64,000 bases of DNA, from positions 1,003,242 through 1,067,241 of the forward strand of contig NW_019217790.1 in NCBI RefSeq assembly GCF_002571385.2. The letters are read 5' to 3'. This DNA comes from Stylophora pistillata (taxonomy: Eukaryota). The notes beneath the pieces are model-generated. The model was not told where the DNA came from. It searched no databases and saw only the letters and a program-made list of their open reading frames with translations. Below, in pieces: positions 60,519-64,000 of the stretch. Each line of letters begins with the position of its first letter. Within the stretch, counting starts at the first letter, position 1. A program made the position numbers and the translations under genes.

Positions 60519-63500
60519 GTCCAGTCCAAGCTACTTAAAATCGATCTTTTGCAAAAAGTCCTCCTGAATTGGGGAGAAAAACACTACAATTAATCAAATA
60601 TTTCTGAGCTGTTATGCTTGTTTTTGCCTTATCTTAATGTTGCTTGATGTTATTCTCAGGAAGAATTTTTCAATCAAAACGACTCTCTTGTCTTTTCCTA
60701 ACTGCTTTCGTTTTACTGTTTGGCCGGGTTTCGTTCCATTTCCTTTTCTTTTCAGATTTCTCTAACTGAATCAACACAAGTTGATACATTCAAAGAGCAC
60801 GTTTTGCATCAATCTTCTCTAATTTTAATTTTACAATTTTTGTTTAATATTTTCTCCATAAAATTTATAAGTTGAGAGTTGCACAGTTTCTTTCAACTAC
60901 AACCCGTTTTAGTTAGAAAAAATCAGCGATTTCAACTGTGATAAGATTGTGGTATAACTGTACCTAACTCATGTTTTGCAGTATTTAACCCGCCGGGACT
61001 CGTGCTCGTAGCACTTGTAATCATCAACAGTCGCTGACTCTCATGGGAAATTAAGAGACTTATCTCAGCATCAGATGTGCACAAAAAGATAATTTTGCGA
61101 GATGATCTCTAAGAAATGATTCGAGAAAGTTGGAAAATACACTCATGTAATTACAATAGAGGTAAAGACAAAACAATTCCTATCAATAAAAAATATTTCA
61201 ATCAGTTTGGACGATACCTGGAGTCATTCCTACGGAGAAACGGAACGGAACGAAGACAAAGGTTCCGAAAATCTGTCCGAAGAAGGCTCAAATGTACAAA
61301 GGTGGCGGGCAAGGAAACTGTTATAGTGCCTTTGTACCTTTATTATGATCTTCGAAACATTTCATGTTGTGAACTGTCAATAAACGAAAGCCAGTGACTC
61401 TAGATATTAGACTCGAACTAGATACTTCCACTAAGAAGGCAAGTTAATAAAGAGTTCTTTGCAATCTCATGTACCATCTGTCCGTTAGTTACGTGTCTAT
61501 GTGTTTTACTGCCGCATGTAGCCATACGGCTTTCAATTACGGGCCATTCAATTATTGCGAGCGTCAAAAGGAGCAAGATTTCAAGACTAATTTAACGTGG
61601 TTAAAATTTGTTTTAATTTTGGTACCTTTAATCGTCAACCCCATGTCATGCCATGCAGGTTCTTTAGAGGACTACGATGTTAAGACAGATGTTTTTTTCT
61701 GCTTTATATTTAGGAGTGCTAGAAGTAAACGATTTCTCAACATCAAAAAGAAATGAACGATGGATAGTTTTAAAAAGTTAATCATGCAGATTCAGATGAA
61801 ATTCACCCTATGCTCTTGTGGTCAGTTCACGGTACACAGCCATACTCATGAGGTCTACCGAAGCCACCGCAGGTCGACTCTCAAAGCCTTACGATAATAC
61901 CCAGGGAAAATGACACTAGGATAACTGCTCGATATCTTCAAGCTATGCATTACACTCGCGAGTTCAAAACAAGAACCATCTTTCTTGAAAAGGTCACAAC
62001 CTAAGGGTCTATTCACAGTCTCATACGTTTTCATGTTTAGTTAATGTGGTACTATAAGTGATAAAATCAATATGCACAATGGAAAACCACCGCACAGAGC
62101 TGAATAAACACCGAGTATGATAAAATGATGGGATCACTCAGGGTTTCTGGTAAACCAAGTTAAGAGACAATACATAACGATAAAACTACCACATACTTCT
62201 AAAAACACACATAGTGTCATAAGGCAGAAATGGCGTCCCATGTTTATCGGTTTTTCCCCGGTATGTCTTCTACAATACTTTCCACAAATTACAATTTTTT
62301 TCCAATTAACAACTGATTCAAAAACTGGTACGATTTCAATTACAATGCAACTTTAAAAATTATCATAATTTGAATGAAGTAGTTAAGGATCTTATGCTCT
62401 GCATAACTTTAGGGATGCTATATCACGGTTTGTCTTTTATCACCGCTTTGTGAAACAGTTGCGGTGAAGTCACGATATACCGGTAACTGCTGTGTGCGTA
62501 AAGATTTTGGCATTGCTTTCCTCTCAAAGACTGCGGAGCACATCGGTCAATACTTCTACTATCTGAAGGTGCCTAAAGTTTTTACTGTCAAAACTATTAT
62601 AAACAACTTTCTTTAGTAAGTTTCGAGCCCAAATTCATAAACGACGCCGGAACTCATTCCGCCGGTGAGGATAGCAATTGCAATGACTTCTAGTACCTGT
62701 AGTATCCCAAGCTTCTATCTGTAGGTTTAAGAAAGGTGAATTTGAATCCATGCCGAGAAAGGAGAAAATGGGCGGCTAAACTAAGAAAAAATACCATATT
62801 TGAGAATATTTGTATTAAATCGAACGGTTATCTAAGCAGTTTCACTAAGACTGAGCGATAAATTTGTTCCTTTTGAAAGTGCGATTGAGATTAATTCAAG
62901 TTCCTCAACATCTATTCACATGAACTGCATGTAGAAGCATTTTCATTTTGAGGGGTGTGAATTTGTTGCTAAACAGCTAACGAGAAATTCTAAGATTGGG
63001 TAAAACAATTGTTCAGCCGGATTGCAATTTGAAGAACATTTTATCCTTTATTTAGGGAAAAACCGACGGTAAAAGTTCACAACAAACATGGTAACTAACC
63101 GAACGGCGCATGAGTGCACGCGATTACATCATAATACGTCGGAACAACAATAAAAACACTAATGTGGCCTTGAATCACTGTAAAATATTGTAGAAGTCCG
63201 AGCTTTCGCCGCTCAACGGCAACATATTGTTTCATCAAATATGTTACTGAAGGACAGCATTCAAATATTCTAAGATTGGGAGTGTTACGTGGAGTGTTGC
63301 TAAAATTGTAAAAAAAAAAAAAAATTACAAGTGTATGTGCGTGTGTGAGCGTTTTTTTCCCTTTTCTATTCAAAGAGCAGCATTTGGAATGAAGTTTAAT
63401 TAGAAATTAACATAAATTTAGGACACGGAAAGATTTCCATGCGAGATAATTTTATAAGGCGTTAATCAAGCGTCATCAAACGAATATGTTTAAGGAAAAT

Positions 63501-64000
63501 GATCCCGATGCAAATTGAAAATAACGATAAATTGGGGCTTTCTTTCTAAGTTAGATACATTCGTAAAGTAAGCTTGGAGAGGAAAGCGGATGAAGAAAGT
63601 AAATCATGATTTTTCACATTGTCTGTTTTTGTGTCCGTGTGACCAAGTCTCCCAGAAATTTAGTCTTTTTAAATAATGTTTTAAAGATGGAATTGTTTGG
63701 ACTAAACCTTCATCTTTGTGATTGAGAGAGCGCATTTCGTTTCAAACATCATTCTCGTCAACTGCTGATGATGCAGGCAGGTATTAAGCTCAAGGAGAGC
63801 AGAATCTCAGAACGATAACAACTGACGAGCAACACGGAAGGCCACAGAAAAAATTTGTTGCCATTCAGTATGACTAGAACTACCACTAAAAGGCCTTTAA
63901 ATCCAGACGTAATAAAAGGGCTTTCGGGTGGTTCAAGTTGAAAAAACTTATCTTTGTAAAAGTGAACTCATTTAGTTCTCCTTCCTTCTTTATCAAGAGG

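Overview
Eukaryotic (animal) genomic DNA with GT-AG introns, AT-rich intergenic sequence and a 738-nt N gap at 12224-12961. Gene content and repeat types suggest a cnidarian, probably a stony coral (inference). I reconstructed six genes by hand-splicing. (1) The 3' part of a Dbl-family RhoGEF (DH-PH-SH3, MCF2L/DBS-like) that includes an 18-nt microexon. (2) A 3-exon, 89-aa ANAPC16 on the minus strand that the ORF track misses. (3) Head-to-head with it, a 433-aa signal-anchor + ZZ zinc finger + EF-hand protein. (4) A 10-exon, 1082-aa poly(ADP-ribose) glycohydrolase with intact catalytic motifs, whose macrodomain is interrupted by a ~600-aa acidic insert carrying repeated AKAP-like amphipathic helices; this is the most unusual item in the window. 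(5, 6) Two paralogous neuropeptide-type class A GPCRs about 24 kb apart. Non-coding features include a dispersed repeat carrying a minimal hammerhead-ribozyme motif (Penelope-like), a tRNA-derived element inside inverted repeats, an internally deleted ISL2EU-like transposon, several MITEs and hairpin elements, a 17-bp minisatellite and microsatellites. All family assignments rest on motif recognition; no searches were run.
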